Shown here: positions 10,050-22,689 of the stretch, one piece after another
How the letters are laid out: every line of letters starts with the position of its first letter
Numbering within the stretch: position 1 is the stretch's first letter
DNA from: Euglena gracilis
Taxonomy: Eukaryota
Direction of reading: 5' to 3'
Assembly: GCA_039621445.1 (NCBI GenBank)
Contig: CP154954.1
Coordinates: forward strand, 15,457,805 to 15,493,660
DNA: 35,856 nucleotides
Made by a program: the position numbers and the translations under genes
Notes under the pieces: generated by a model
Told to the model about the DNA's origin: nothing
The model's database searches: none
What the model saw: only the letters and a program-made list of their open reading frames with translations

Positions 10050-11786
10050 AAAGCAAATCATAATGACCCAGATGACCATTACGTTGTAAACAAAATGGAC
10101 AAACAAACAAAAAACCTTCGAGTTTCAAGGCACAGCAACCATAGTGGGCCGACCTGTTTTTATTTGACGTTGTTTTCTTTGTTTTTTTTTTAATTCTAAC
10201 AATGTTTTTATTTCAAAAAAATAAAAAAAACGCCCAGTGGGTTTTAATGTAAAAGAATTTGAATGCACATTTTAAAATGATTTTTATCAACTTCTATTTA
10301 ATTTCTGCCAAAAACTTCCTTCCACAAAAATGAAAAAAGTCATAAAATTCCATTTTTGTTGCATTTTTGGATGTTTTTGACCATTTTTGGCAGTTTTTGC
10401 ACTTAGTAGGATTCAAAGGGGGTGCCGTCCGCTTGCCCCCCCCCGTGACCCCCCCCCCGTGACCCGGATTTGAACACCCCCCGATTTTGGGGTCCGCAAA
10501 CGCACGTGCTTCAATCACAACTGCTTTCAGTATTTTTCTTCAAATGTCGCGGCCAAGGGTTTACGGCCCAAAAGTCCACATCCCCCCTTAACCCCCCCCC
10601 CGTGATCCCCCCCGTGACCCCCCCCATGACCCAGCCCACCCCCAAAGTATGGTTTAGGAGTTTTATAACAAGTTTTTTTAATGAAATTTTCCTTTTTTGA
10701 TTTTTTTTTAACTGTTTTTTAAAGAAGAAAAAAACACGTTGTTTTGTTTTTTATTTATTAAAAAAAAAACAGAAAAGATGCCCACTATGACAGCAACAGA
10801 AATCGGAAAACATACACAACGGCCATTCCCAAGAAAAGGGGGGGGGTTGTGGATCGCTGAACGAAATAAGAACCACAACAGATAATTTTCCACCTATTCC
10901 TCACCATTTTTTTCAATGTGTGTGGTGTGTGTGTGTGTGTGTGTGTCTGTCCATTTCTTGATTCACATCCTGACAACCGAAAGCCTCTAGTGGGTAGTGT
11001 TTGAGTTCCGAGCAAATCAAGGTGGTTTATCAATATATGTTATCAACATCAAGTTTCAACTTCAAGTTACAAGTGACAAGTCAACACCAAGAAGCTGAAA
11101 AGTTGTTTTGTTGCTGGAGAAGTTTGGGATGTTGACTTACAGTGAAGATGTTGACTTACATTGAATTAGTGAATTGACGTGAAATGAACTTATTGGAAGA
11201 CTAATCTGGACCTGAGCATGTCCCTACTAAACTGCTCCCCGTCATTGGAGGCCAGGCGCAGTGGGGTGGGGTGAGGGGGGGGGGGCGAGCGGCTGCCGGC
11301 GGCCGCGGGGGGGGGGGGGGGGGGGGGCCGGGGGGGGGCGGGCCGGGGGGGCGGGGCCAATTTCGGGGCCAAATAGGGGGCATTTTTTGCCATTTTTTGG
11401 CCATTTTTTTTTTTTTTTAATGTCTTTTTCTTGGCTATGCTTGGCACAGTGCGGGGGGGGGGGGTCGAGGGGGGGCAAGCGGCAGTGTGGTGCCAAAGTC
11501 ATTTTTACGAATAAAAGCCCCCTATGTCTTTTTCCATACTTTCGAAAACCCGTCTTTTTGATTTTCGACGACGGTTTTAAACTGATTTAAAACGATGTTT
11601 TAAACGACTGATAAAAGACGAGGCCCACACTGGCGAGCCAAAAATCTTGTCCCCTAAAAAAAGAGTGCCAAAAATTGGTGCATTTCTGCAACCAAAAGAG
11701 TTTTTTTTTTGCAATTTTTTCCCCCTTCAAAAATAGCCATTTGGGCCATTTTTTCAAAAATGGCCCAAAATGCATCCCAAAAAATG

Positions 11787-13414
11787 TAACGTGACCCCCC
11801 CCTATTTGTCCCCCCCCCCTAATTGGCCAGAGCCTAGGTGGCCAATTAGGGGCTTTTGGTCAATTTGGGGGGGGGTCAATTAGGGGGGAGGGGTTCAGCC
11901 AATTAGGGGGGGGGGACCTTCTATTGGGGGGAGCATTGTCAATTGGGGGGGGGGTAGTAGCGTGAGGTAGTAATTGGCGGGTGTAGCGTGAAGCAACGGT
12001 GACATAACCAGGGGGGGGAAATGCGTTTCGCATTTTTTTTTTTTTTTTGCGCATTTTTTCAAATTTTCCAAAAATGCGCATTTTTTGCTCATTTTTTCGC
12101 ACTTTTTGGGGTATTTTTTCGTTTTTTTCAGCACATTTTTTGCTTTTTGGCACATTTTTTTTGTGATTTTCCAAAATTTTCGCAATTTTTTGACCATTTT
12201 TTGCATTTTTTTTGCAAAAATTTGAAAATTTTGACTTTTTTTGAAACGTACATTTTCCTCATTATTCTACATAATTTCTTCAAATTTGGTGCCATTTTTG
12301 CATGTTTTTGGGTAATGTTTGTATGTTCGCTATTTTTGCGCATTTTTCCTCGGATTTTGCACATTTTTGCGCATTTTTCCAAAAATGCGCATTTTTTGCG
12401 CATTTTTTGCGCATTTTTACGCATTTTTGCGCATTTTTGCGCATTTTTTCCGGGGCTGGGCGAGCGCATTTCCCCCCCCCTGCATAACGCAATTGATGTC
12501 AGGGTGACGTGACCCCCCCTTCCCCCCCCCCCTTATTGTCCCACCGACCTCTCCCCGGGAGGCCCGAACGGACAGTAAGGCTGAGGGGCTCCCGGATCTG
12601 TCCTGGGGGTGTGGGGGTTGTGGGCTGACTCCATGGTCGGCCCACGGTCGCCAAAGGTCGCCAAAAGGGCGCGATGGGTATTTCCTACTCAGTCTTTTTT
12701 GCCATGTAGCGGCGTAGGCAACTATTCCAGGGCCCTAAAATAACAAAATCCCTTGTGTGTGTAACTCCTTTTGTGTGTAAGTTGCGCTATTTTGCCGTGG
12801 AGCGCATTTTTTGACATCGACCCACCCACGACCTTTGGCGACCATGGCGGCCTTTGGCGACCTTTGGCAACCGTGGGCCGACCCTAGGGTCGGCCACCCC
12901 CTCCCCCGGCAACCCCCAACCCCCCCACCCCCACCCCACCCCCCCAGGTGCCAGCCATATCTACCCTCCCCAGGGGGAGGGGACAATAAGGGGGTACCAA
13001 AGGAATTTCATTGACCAAGCAAAAAAAATCCCCCGTCGGCCGGGGCTCAGGGACAACAAGGGGGGGGACAATAAGGGGGGGGGTACCACCCCCCCCCCCT
13101 TATTATCCCCCCGCCACCTCCCCCGGGGGCCCCAACGGACAATGAGGGGGGGGGGGGGACAATACGGGGGTACAAAGGGAATTCATTTGTCCGGGCCAAA
13201 AAATCCCCTGCCGGCGGGGGCCCGGGACACATAGGGGGGGGGGGGAAACATAGGGGGGGGGGGTGGTATATGGCACCCCCCCCGGGAGCGTTTTGACCCC
13301 CCGGCGACAATTAGGTGGGGGGTGACAATTAGGAGGGGGGTTACTCATCTATTTGTTGCCCCCCCCGGGGGGGCGACTATTAGGGGGGGTGACAAATAGG
13401 GGGGGGGGACGTTA
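11787..13414. mobile_element. TAACGTGACCCC-family TIR element containing nested insertions
   Basis: Left end TAACGTGACCCCCCCCTATTTGTC, right end GACAAATAGGGG...GACGTTA; same family at ~7994 and 17431-17699. Confidence 0.7.
12009..12482. mobile_element. MITE with CAGGGGGGGGAAATGCG / CGCATTTCCCCCCCCCTG ends and internal GCATTTTT repeats
   Basis: Inverted termini; 6-bp TSD CATAAC at 12003-12008 and 12483-12488. Confidence 0.85.
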
Positions 13415-13943
13415 TCTGGAAGAACTCACTGCAGGCAGAACAAGCAACGCCCTTCGAGCTCTGGGATTTTACACATTTTCGAACAGAAAGCATGCAGCCA
13501 CACATATGACAAATGGGACATTGGACGGCGGCACATCGACGCAAAGGACACTCACAAACTTGGCAGTCCCGAGGGAAAGAAGGATCCTCGGATGGTTTCG
13601 GATCAGGTTGAGTTGGGGTCTCAATGACATCAGTTTGGGGCAACAAAATGACATCGGTTTGGGGTTGAAAAAAAATTGCCCGGGGCGTTTGGTCAATTTG
13701 GGGGGGGGTTCAATTAGGGGGGGGGGAGGTGGTATTTAGGGGACTTTTTCCCGTGGCCTCCAAAAAAAAAAGCTTGCCAGAAAAAAATAGAATTTGAATC
13801 AAAAAAATATGAAGGCCCCCCTATTGCAAGTGAGGGCCCCCAACTGCATGTGAACAAAAATAACGCTCATTTGGGTGGAGGAATGTTCTTTCTATTCACT
13901 TCAGGTTGCATGAAGCATTTTGACGTGACATTTGCAGTCGATG

Positions 13944-15235
13944 TTTTAAAAACGTGTTCAGCCCGCCAAATGCCTGCCCTGAAATTCGTGGTCATGAACA
14001 CGTTTTCAATGAGGGCATTTGTGGCAATGACACGTTTTCAGTGAAGGCATCCGGGTTCAGGCACGTTTTCAATAAAGGCCTTGGCAGAACAGACGACGGC
14101 AGAACGGACGGCAGGGAAGGGGCGACAACACCTCGCTGCGGAGGCCAGTGCTGAAACCCACCACCAGGATGTTCGCTCGTTGCGCCTCATAAGCGTTGGA
14201 CCAGTTCACCCCCTTCAGCAACTGGTCCAACTCTTCAGGCTGCAACACGTCAGCTGGAGGCCGAACCGCCGTTGACACTGCCTTCCGCGCGCGTTCGCGC
14301 TCCAGGGAACACAAAAACATCTGGTTGAACTGGGGGAATTGGCGCTCTGAGGAAGGCAACACTACTCCCTCGGTCGTTGTTTTGCGGAATGCCCGAGCGA
14401 CGGCATTCACGTATGTCTGAAAAGAGGTTGCCGAACGATTCCCCGAAACGAACAAAGTTCCCGACTGCTGCTCACGTTGAGCCACACATTGTTCGATGAC
14501 GCTCGCCTCATCGAACAACAGGCTGGGTTCCAGCTCCCATCCCGTCCAGGCAACAAAGAAAGCATCCAGCTCAGGATAAGAGGCTTGCCGATGTTGACAC
14601 AGTTTGGCGAACTCCAAACAGTTGGCAACGGCAGCAAGCTCTGCACCCACGGAGCCGGACTTTTTCTTTGTGTTGCCCTGTGCCAGCAAGGTGCCATGAA
14701 GGGGGTCAACCTTCGGCTTCTTGGCATCTTGCTGGTATACCGCGAGAGCAGCCAGGAACAGTTCCGTCCTAGGGGGAGGTGGCAAAAGACCATTCACAAA
14801 GTTTGCCGTGCGTTTGGCCATATTGGCAGGGCTGCGGGAAAAAAGAAAAAAAGAAAAAAGGGGGGGGTGACACGTTTTCAGTGAGGGCATTTGTGGCAAT
14901 GACACGTTTTCAGTGAAGGCATCTGTGTTCAGGCACGTTTTCAGTGAGGGCATTTGGGGCAATGTCACCTTTTCAGTGAAGGCATCCGGGTTCAGGCACG
15001 TTTTCAGTGAGGGCGCCGTTTTTTGGGTCCGAATTTCACAAATTGGCGTTTTTGACCCCTTGCGTGAATCATGACCACGAATTTCAGGGCAGGCATTTGG
15101 CGGGCTCTGAAAACGTTTTTAAACAAATTGTGGCTGAGCCCAGATTTCAGCCTGAAAACGTGTTCAGGGGCCCCCGAAGGGGGCCCCTGGCTGAACACGT
15201 TTTCAGGCTGAAATCTGGGCTCAGCCACAATTTGT
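13944..15235 (-). mobile_element. Tyrosine-recombinase (Crypton-like) element, internally deleted
   Basis: ORF 14069-14968 ends in ...DVLQPEELDQLL...QRANILVVGFSTGLRSEVL (tyrosine-recombinase box I, TGxRxxE) after a core-binding-like region (SATSFQTYVNAVARAF). CACGTTTTCA repeat arrays flank both sides; ~55-nt inverted repeat 13944-14000 vs 15062-15122; terminal hairpin 15123-15235. Confidence 0.65.
15123..15235. repeat. Near-perfect ~113-nt palindrome with GAA loop
   Basis: ACAAATTGTGGCTGAGCCCAGATTTCAGCCTGAAAACGTGTTCAGGGGCCCCC-GAA-reverse complement, with one 4-nt bulge. Confidence 0.95.
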
Positions 15236-15901
15236 GTATAGAAAAATCTGCATGAACAACACAAGGCAGAAAGAGACCACGCACAGGTAAAAGATTTATT
15301 TGGAACGCCCTTTGAAACGACAAGATGATCATGAGCATTGCCATATAATTTTTTTGTGCTTCTCCAAGAGATCAGATCGGGAGTTAGATAGGCCACACGT
15401 TGCAGTGTGTGAGAATGCTGCAGACGACGGCAAAAGAGGAAAATAAAAATTGCTCAGACCTGCAAAGTTCGTTGACAGCTTGAAAATAGTTCGCCGTGTT
15501 CAATGAGTTCACCTGAAAGGATTAAATTGAAAAAAGAAATTGTGATTCCCATTAAAAACAGGATCCATTTGAGATTGGCCAAACCTCAACGACCTGGCGG
15601 CCAAACTTGACAACCAATGGCCGCTCCTGATTGTAAACCCTGTAATTTTCTACCACTCTTTTCCAGTTTTTCCCTTTCTTGTGCTGTCAAGCAACGAGTC
15701 AAGCGTTTATGTGTCAAATCTGGGCTAGGAGGATATAAGTATTTGGTCTGAGAAGGGCAGTTCTGAGAATTGTGTGTACTTTCTGACGTGACGGTGGCTT
15801 CTGGTGTGATAGTGGGATGTGATAGTGACTTCTTAGGGGGGGGGTGCGCACTTTTTAGACAGTTGCCGGATTTGACGCGGTTCGGGGGCGCCTGGAGCAG
15901 G

Positions 15902-15922
15902 CAATTGCTTAAGCGCTGACCA

Positions 15923-15962
<40 letters not shown>

Positions 15963-16267
15963 GGGGTTGGGTGACGGTTTTTTCAAAGTGACGGACTGGT
16001 TTTTGGCCCGGACCCCTCCCCCCCCCCCCCCCCCCCCCCCCGGGGGGGGGGCCAGGGGTGGGCAAAAGTGGCTTGAGTAACCCCGGCGCCAAAGGCGCCG
16101 GAAAATTTTTTTGGGCCTAAAATGGCCTAAAGTGACTGGAAAGTGGCCTTTTTTCTGAGTGGCCGACCCCCGGGGGGGGGGGGTAGTGACTGGCTGGTTT
16201 TTAATGAGTGACTGACTGGTTTTTAAAAAAGTGGAGTGACCCCCCCCCCGGGGTCGGTAAGCAATTG
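15902..16267. mobile_element. MITE, TIR CAATTGCTTA, internal GTGACTGACTGG repeats
   Basis: Inverted ends; related copy at 34386-34701. Confidence 0.75.
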
Positions 16268-17430
16268 TTTGGCCCTGGAGCCCAAAAATTTCGGAAAGCA
16301 CTGGGTCTTCCTATGCGGCCCCTCCCTCCTGACCCCCCCCCGGGGTGGGCAAATAGTTGGCCTTTTTTTCCATTTCATTCCATAAAACAGTTGCCATAGT
16401 GCACCTATGAATGGCTCACGGGTGCTCACGGGTATGGCAATTGTGACCATTCACCCCTGCAATATACAGCACCCATGAATGCACCCAATTCCTCATGTGG
16501 GAAGCCTGTGAATGGTTAAAGGTTTTGAAGCATCCTGTTTTGATAATTTCTCTTATCGGCACCTACTGAGCTTGCCGAATTTGAGAGATTTAGAGCGAGA
16601 TTTAGAAAATTAGAGCTTTTTTAAAAAAAACCCTTTTTTGGTGCCATTTTATGACATTTTATGGACATTGAGGTGACACAGCTTTCCAAAACAAAAAGAC
16701 AGCTTTTTTTGGGTTGTAAAATTTTTTGAATGGAATTTTGCTTTTTCTCGTTGACAATCACACTTACTGAAAAATTTCCATTTTTGGTGACAAACTGCAC
16801 CCATCTTTTGGCACTCTTTTTCTCGGAGATGTTTTGGGGGGGGGGCATTTTTGGGTTTGCAGGTGCTTTAGGTGCGATGCGAAGAGACCGTTCTGCCCAG
16901 TAAAGGATTATTCTCACAGAAAAACACTTTTTTAAAAAAAATCAGCCCTAGTTCATCCCTTCGGATTCTCAGCAGCATGGCTTCTCAACAGCGTCCTAGC
17001 GTGCATGGGCGCTCCATTGCGACGCTGCTGAGGGAACAGGCAGAGGACCTTGGTCGCCATCACCTTCGGATCCTCGGGCGGAAGCAGTTCCTGAGCAATG
17101 GGATGCGCCCCGTGAGACTTCCAACCGAACATCCGGCCCGAATGACATCAACAGTCTCCAAATGAATGTGCCAAAATAATTAATTGCCATTTTGGCCCCA
17201 AACTATCATCAGCCGAAAATTGCATGCTAAGTTTCCATTTGTTGTTTGTCAATGTTTGTTGTTTGTTGTCACATAACCAAACAACAAAGAAATCCAAAAA
17301 CTGTAAGAAAACAACATTGTAAGAATATTAATATGTTTTGCTAATTTATCAATATAATTATATATTAATATAATTATTATATATTAATATAATTATTATA
17401 TATATTATATAATTATAATATTAATATAAT

Positions 17431-17699
17431 TAACGTGACCCCCCCCCCCTATTTGTCCCCCCCCCCAATTGGCCAAAGCCCAGGTGGCCAATTGGGGGGG
17501 GGGGGTTACTCATTTCAAGGGAAAATGCCTTTATTCGGGTGTTTTACGAGGGTTCGCGAATATGAAGGACGGGGTCTAAGTGGCCAATTAGGGGGGGGTT
17601 AGGGGCAACCCCCCCCCTAATTGTCCCCCCCCCCCTAATTGGCCAGAAGGGGGGTCCGGGCCGCCCGGAGGGCGGCCAAATAGGGGGGGGGGCAAGTTA
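17431..17699. mobile_element. TAACGTGACCCC-family MITE in a TA-rich site
   Basis: Inverted ends TAACGTGACCCC..TATTTG / CAAATAGGGG..GCAAGTTA; body near-identical to ~7994-8165. Confidence 0.8.
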
Positions 17700-17919
17700 T
17701 ATATGGGGGAGCATGGCCGGCCAGCCGTCAGCCAGCCATCAGCCAGCCGTGCAACTCAGTGGAAAATGACCCGAGCCACATCCTTGCAATGCAGAAATTT
17801 TTTTCCGGCAATCTCCCTTCAAGGCCATGTTCATCGTTGTTCGAGGCTGCATTTTTGCCTATTTGAAGTCATTTTTGCCAACTTTTGTCAATTTTGCCAA
17901 TTTTGGACTTTTTTGACCA

Positions 17920-18160
17920 AATTCTGACCATTTCGGCCTATTTTTTTTTGGATCATTCTATGGTCATTGTTTTCCATCTCAAAAAGTATCCATCTCAAAA
18001 ACTTCCACAACTGGTCACCCATTTTCAACGAATTGGCAAAATTTAACTTAGAAATGGACAATAATGGACGGAAAAAGGCTCAAATTTTGTGTGAAATGGT
18101 TTCAAGTGAACAAAAAAATGCCCAAAGCAGCCCCAATTGTTGAATTCAAAAGATAATTTA
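17920..18160 (+). repeat. Dispersed repeat; second copy at ~32080-32320
   Basis: Colinear similarity (TTCTATGGTCATTG...ATAATGGAC..AAAAAGGCTCAAA...AAGATAATTTA). Confidence 0.8.
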
Positions 18161-19242
18161 CCCTCACCCAACCCCACCCACTCCTTTGAACCCCCCCCCC
18201 CCATTGCCAATTGGAAGGCTGCGACACGGACCCCAAGGAGGAGGTTTGGCGAAATAGGAAAGGGGAAAATATAAAACGTTCGCAAAAAATAAATTATTGG
18301 GAAAAAGAGCAAAGTAGAACTACAACAAAAAAAAATGCCTCCAAAGGCTACAAAACTCGTCCCCCCATTGGTGGTTGGATGGGAATAGGGGGGGGGCGGG
18401 GAGGATGAGGGCAAACCATTGACGCAAAAATAGCCCGTCTGGAAGGACGGGCATTTGCCAAAAAGTGGGGGGGGCCAGAAATCCCCCCCAAAGGGAGGAT
18501 AACTTGTGCATACCAAAAGGAAGCATGCGTGAAAATGCATAGCCGACAATTTAGTCATATGGCATGCATGATGGTGGGTTTATCCCCCATGGGGGGAGCA
18601 TTCTAGGGGTTAGGTTTAGGGTTAGGGGGGGTCATTGGTGTGCCAAACCTAACCCCAAAAACAATAAACATGTTGGCAAAAAAAAAACGACAATAAAGGA
18701 AGAGGTAAATGTTACGTACATAATACCAAAAAATGTGCAGGAAAATCGCAAAAGGGAAATAAACAAGGGAAACAAAAACCTACAAGTGAACAGAAACGAA
18801 AAAATATTGACAAATTGGCCAATGGTTACAAGTACATTTTGGCAACTGCGAAATGGGTCAGAAAACCTCCAAAAACGTCCGTTTCAAAAATTTTAAATTT
18901 CGCTGGAAAAGAAAAAGTCATAACCAACCCAACTATGCACAAAAAAATCAACCAATTTTCCATAGATAAAAAATTTGGGGGCAGGGATCCTCGAGCCCCC
19001 ACTAACTGTCTCCCCCATAATTGGCCAATTGGGGGTCTGCAGGAGCCCGGGCATTCCAAATAGGGGGGGGATTGAGGGCAAAATGAACGCCCGAAACTAA
19101 GATATGGTACCCCCCCAAAAAAGCATTTGCACACCAAATTAGGCATTAGCCGCTGAAATTTAGCTGAAATATGCATTTGCCACTCATGCCACCCAAAATT
19201 GGGCATTTTCCACCAGAAAACAGGAATGAAGGTATGTGTAAA

Positions 19243-19321
19243 TTAGGGTTAGGGTTAGGGCTAGGGTTAGGGTTAGGGTTAGGTTTAGGGTTAGGGTTAA
19301 CCCTAACCCTAACCCTAACCC
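19243..19321. repeat. Inverted interstitial telomeric repeat, (TTAGGG)~9 then (CCCTAA)~4
   Basis: Read directly; palindromic junction GGGTTAACCC. Confidence 0.9.
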
Positions 19322-20730
19322 ACATGTGTGTGTGCATACATACATATATATATATGTATATATAACATGTTATGTCTGTGTGTGTATATGTAAAATACAT
19401 AAATATATTATTATGTATATGTATTAGATACCAAAATGTGGGGGGGAAATCCTGCAAAAAAAATCGGAAAATCGCCAAGGGAAAAACACACAAATGAAAC
19501 CAAAATAAAAATATTGCCAAACAAGTGGGGGACGTGACACAACTACGAGAACCATCCATTCTCACTTTTTTGACAGACATGTGTATTTTTTTTGTGTCAC
19601 AGGGGTTCTGGTAGGGATTCTATCGCCCCATTTTCAAGGGTGTGTGTTGTATGTGTTTCTCCTGGCTTGGTTTGGATCAAGGATGGGGTTTGGGTATCGT
19701 CAACGTTAAGGTGAGGTTTGGGGTGTACGCTTGGTTTCAGCCCTAAAATCAGTCCTGGAAAAGAGCGGGTTGGACCGCCAATAATTGTCCAGCCCAAATC
19801 GACCAAAATGCCAAATCATTTTTGGGGTTTCTTTGGTGATCCTTTCCTTTTGTCCTCCCCCCAGGTGGGTCTGGACCGCTGATATGTTTTTGCTTAAACT
19901 GCACACAGTCCAATGTCCACTAAAAAAATCAGTCCATTTCCAAAGTTCTGAAATTCTTCTTTCCCCTCCTTCTGAAATGATTTCCAAAGCCTCGGTTGGT
20001 CCAAGGAAATTTCCAGTCCAGACCCTGAAGTCCCCCCCCCCCTTGCCCACTGACCAGCCCAAAATACTGACCCCCCAGTTGGGGGTCGCAAGTTGGGGGG
20101 GGGGTTGCAGCTAAGGGGGTGCGTAGTGGGTGCGTCCCCCTCGGTTGGGGGTTGTAGGAGACCTGGTTTTTTTGGCAACTGGTCGTACGACCACTTTCCC
20201 TTCGGAGGTTGCAGGGCAGGGGGTGCGTATGACCACCCCCTGGTTGGGGGTTACAGGAACCCGTGGGCAAGGGGGGGGGGTTGAAATTTGGTTGGCTGAA
20301 GACCCCGTTGGATGCCGGCCAACGTAATAGGAATGGGTGGAATTGATCATATTTGGCAATGAATAAGGATGTGATACGATGAATCCTGCCCCCAGGGGGT
20401 CTGTCTCCAGTCGGTACTGATATGGAGCAGGAGACAGTTTAACGCAGCCCACCGGAGGGCCACTGGATTGGGTTGTTGACTGCCTTTTTTTTAATGCTCT
20501 TATTTTTTGTTCCCTTGTCTTTTTTGCCTTTTTCCCCAACGTTTTATTGCTCCGCAGAACCGTATGTCATTTTGCTCGGAACCATTTCAAAACTTGGTCA
20601 TATGGGGGGCAAGAGCATGTTGTTTGTCGGTTTCACGAAACGGTATGTGATATGCTTTCGTGTCGTGTCTCCTGTTGGACCTTAGACACTGCATTACCTT
20701 GACCGGATGCCCGACGTTGTCCGTTGACAG

Positions 20731-20857
20731 CAGCTCCCTGCCCCCCGCCGACCAAATTGTGACCCTGCCCCTCAGCCGCTCCCCGCGCCTCCCTGCCGAC
20801 GCGGGAGACTCTCCCCGGCTGCTGCCCTCCGCCCGCACCCCACCTCCCTGTTGCAAG
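20731..20857 (+). CDS. Putative 5' exon of the cyclase gene (start uncertain)
   Basis: GC-rich open frame (SSLPPADQIVTLPLSRSPRLP...PPPCCK) ending at AAG|GTGTGG; phase 0 matches the next exon. Confidence 0.4.
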
Positions 20858-22252
20858 GTGTGGGCAAAGCTTGAATTTTTCTGGGAGTAATAATAAAAAA
20901 ATATAGTAAAAAAATAATAAAAAATAAAAAAGTCAACAAAATTTATTTGGCTGGTCAGGAATTTCTCTTCAGCCTGGAGAGGCATCCAACAGCCATTGTG
21001 TTTTCTTTTTCCACCAGCCAGCAGCTCCCAGTCGGCCGAATTTTTTTTTTAAAAGAGATCTCAAAAAAATGCCAACAAATGTTCACCCTTGAAACTTTTT
21101 TTTGAGTTTTCAGCTGGATTTAGGCTTTTTTTGCCTGTCTGGCGTTAGGACCCCCCTCTCCCGGACTCCCCTGGAACGCCAGCACCTTTTTTTCCAGCCA
21201 ACCCCCTTATCCAGCTGGCTGGATGGTTCCCTAGGGTTCTTAAGAAATTCCTTGCTCTCAGAAAAAGTCAATAAGCATTCCAACCTGAAGGTTTGGGACC
21301 CCCCAACAACTTAGCTCACCAGCATGTTTGCGTTGTGGGGGGGGGATGGGCTGTGTGGTACCTTCATCAGCTAAGGCACCAGCAGTGGTGAAGGCGTGCG
21401 GCAACATTGGCCGCACATTCCCAGCCACACTCACTCAGCCCGCCCCGCAACCATGCCCAGCTTAGCGCAAAGTTGGCAGTAGGGGCCAGCCAACAGCTTT
21501 TTTCCAGCCACAGACCCCACTGGAAGGTTGTACCTCACTCCAAGAGGTCGGTGCTATTGACAGGCGGGGGGGGGGGGCACTTTCATCCGTCCAGGGTTGG
21601 GCCAAGGTGCCCGAGGTGCGAAGACGTCGGTGGTTATCTTTGTCCTTAATCCACAACTGACCAACCAACCTTCGGAATCCAACCCGGGGTTGGGGATGTT
21701 TTCAGGTTCTGGCTTGGGCCAATCCAGCCAATTTTCTGATACAAAAACTGTGTCCAGAATCCGAACCGGCGTTCTGAGTTGTTGAAACTGTGGATTTGGG
21801 GCTCTGGCTTCGCGCCCGAACCAGCGTTCAAGGAACCACAGCCAATTTCTCCCAAATACCCATTTTTGGAACTTTTTGGGGGCATTTTTGACCTCCTTTG
21901 CGCTTGGCCATGTCGATCGGCCGATTGAAGTTGTCGCATGTCTGATGCCCTGTTACCCATCGATGGAAAGCTCTTCTCAAGGGATTTTGACAGATGGCCA
22001 CAGGATTCAGCCATGCTGCACACAGCGCTTATTTTCAGCGATCGTGTATTCCAAAATTTGACATCTTAATTTGTGAAATCCCACACCTCAGGTGCCATGC
22101 AAGCATATCAATCAAAAGCTCCCCCCAAGACCTTTCGCTTGGTACCCTCAGAACCCAGCCACATTGTACAGCGCCCTGAGAATCGCCGATCGCATGTTCC
22201 GACCCTTTTCGCAAATTCCAAAATCCACTGTTCACCTGCCATGTTGCCCCTT

Positions 22253-22689
22253 CAGGGTTGATGAGTTAACCGGACATTTTGCAAACTGGTCGATTAACCG
22301 TGGTTAACCGGGCTCCTCGATCAATTTACCGATTCATGGCGTGCACAAGCGGGAAGCAGAAAAATTCCATGGGATCTGTTTATTTCCCAACAATGCCAAG
22401 GCCCCAAATTTTCTCCCTTTGGGCACGGCACGGACCCCCCCCCCCCAATGGTGATGATTGTGATCGGCAGGGGGTACGTTGTTTTCCCATAAGCAGGCAT
22501 CTCAAGCTCTTGCACAGTGATTTGCGAAACCGGCTGTCAGAGCAGTCTGTACATGCTCTGCTCTTTGTTCGGATGAACCTCGGGCCCCGACGGGGGCGGG
22601 GGATTTACATTAACCGATTGGGCCTTGGTCGATCGATTAACCGAGGGGGGGGGTCGATTAACCGAAGATTGGTTCCCCAAACAACCCTG
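22253..22689 (+). mobile_element. Non-autonomous hAT element with transposase dimerisation-domain remnant
   Basis: TIR CAGGGTTG/CAACCCTG; duplicated GCCCCTT flanks; TTAACCG subterminal repeats; internal peptide LLHSDLRNRLSEQSVHALLFVRMN resembles the hAT C-terminal motif. Confidence 0.85.

Noticed and set aside
7464-13348. Many Pro/Gly/Lys/Phe-rich ORFs
   Set aside because: Artefacts of homopolymer runs and MITE-internal repeats.
13415-13646. Cys-rich minus-strand peptide (CQVCEC...CPICHMC...CSAC)
   Set aside because: May be a transposon zinc-finger fragment but is short and isolated, with no supportable family.
16977-17165. GC-rich ATG-initiated segment as first exon of the cyclase gene
   Set aside because: No homology cue and no confident splice link to the 20731 exon.
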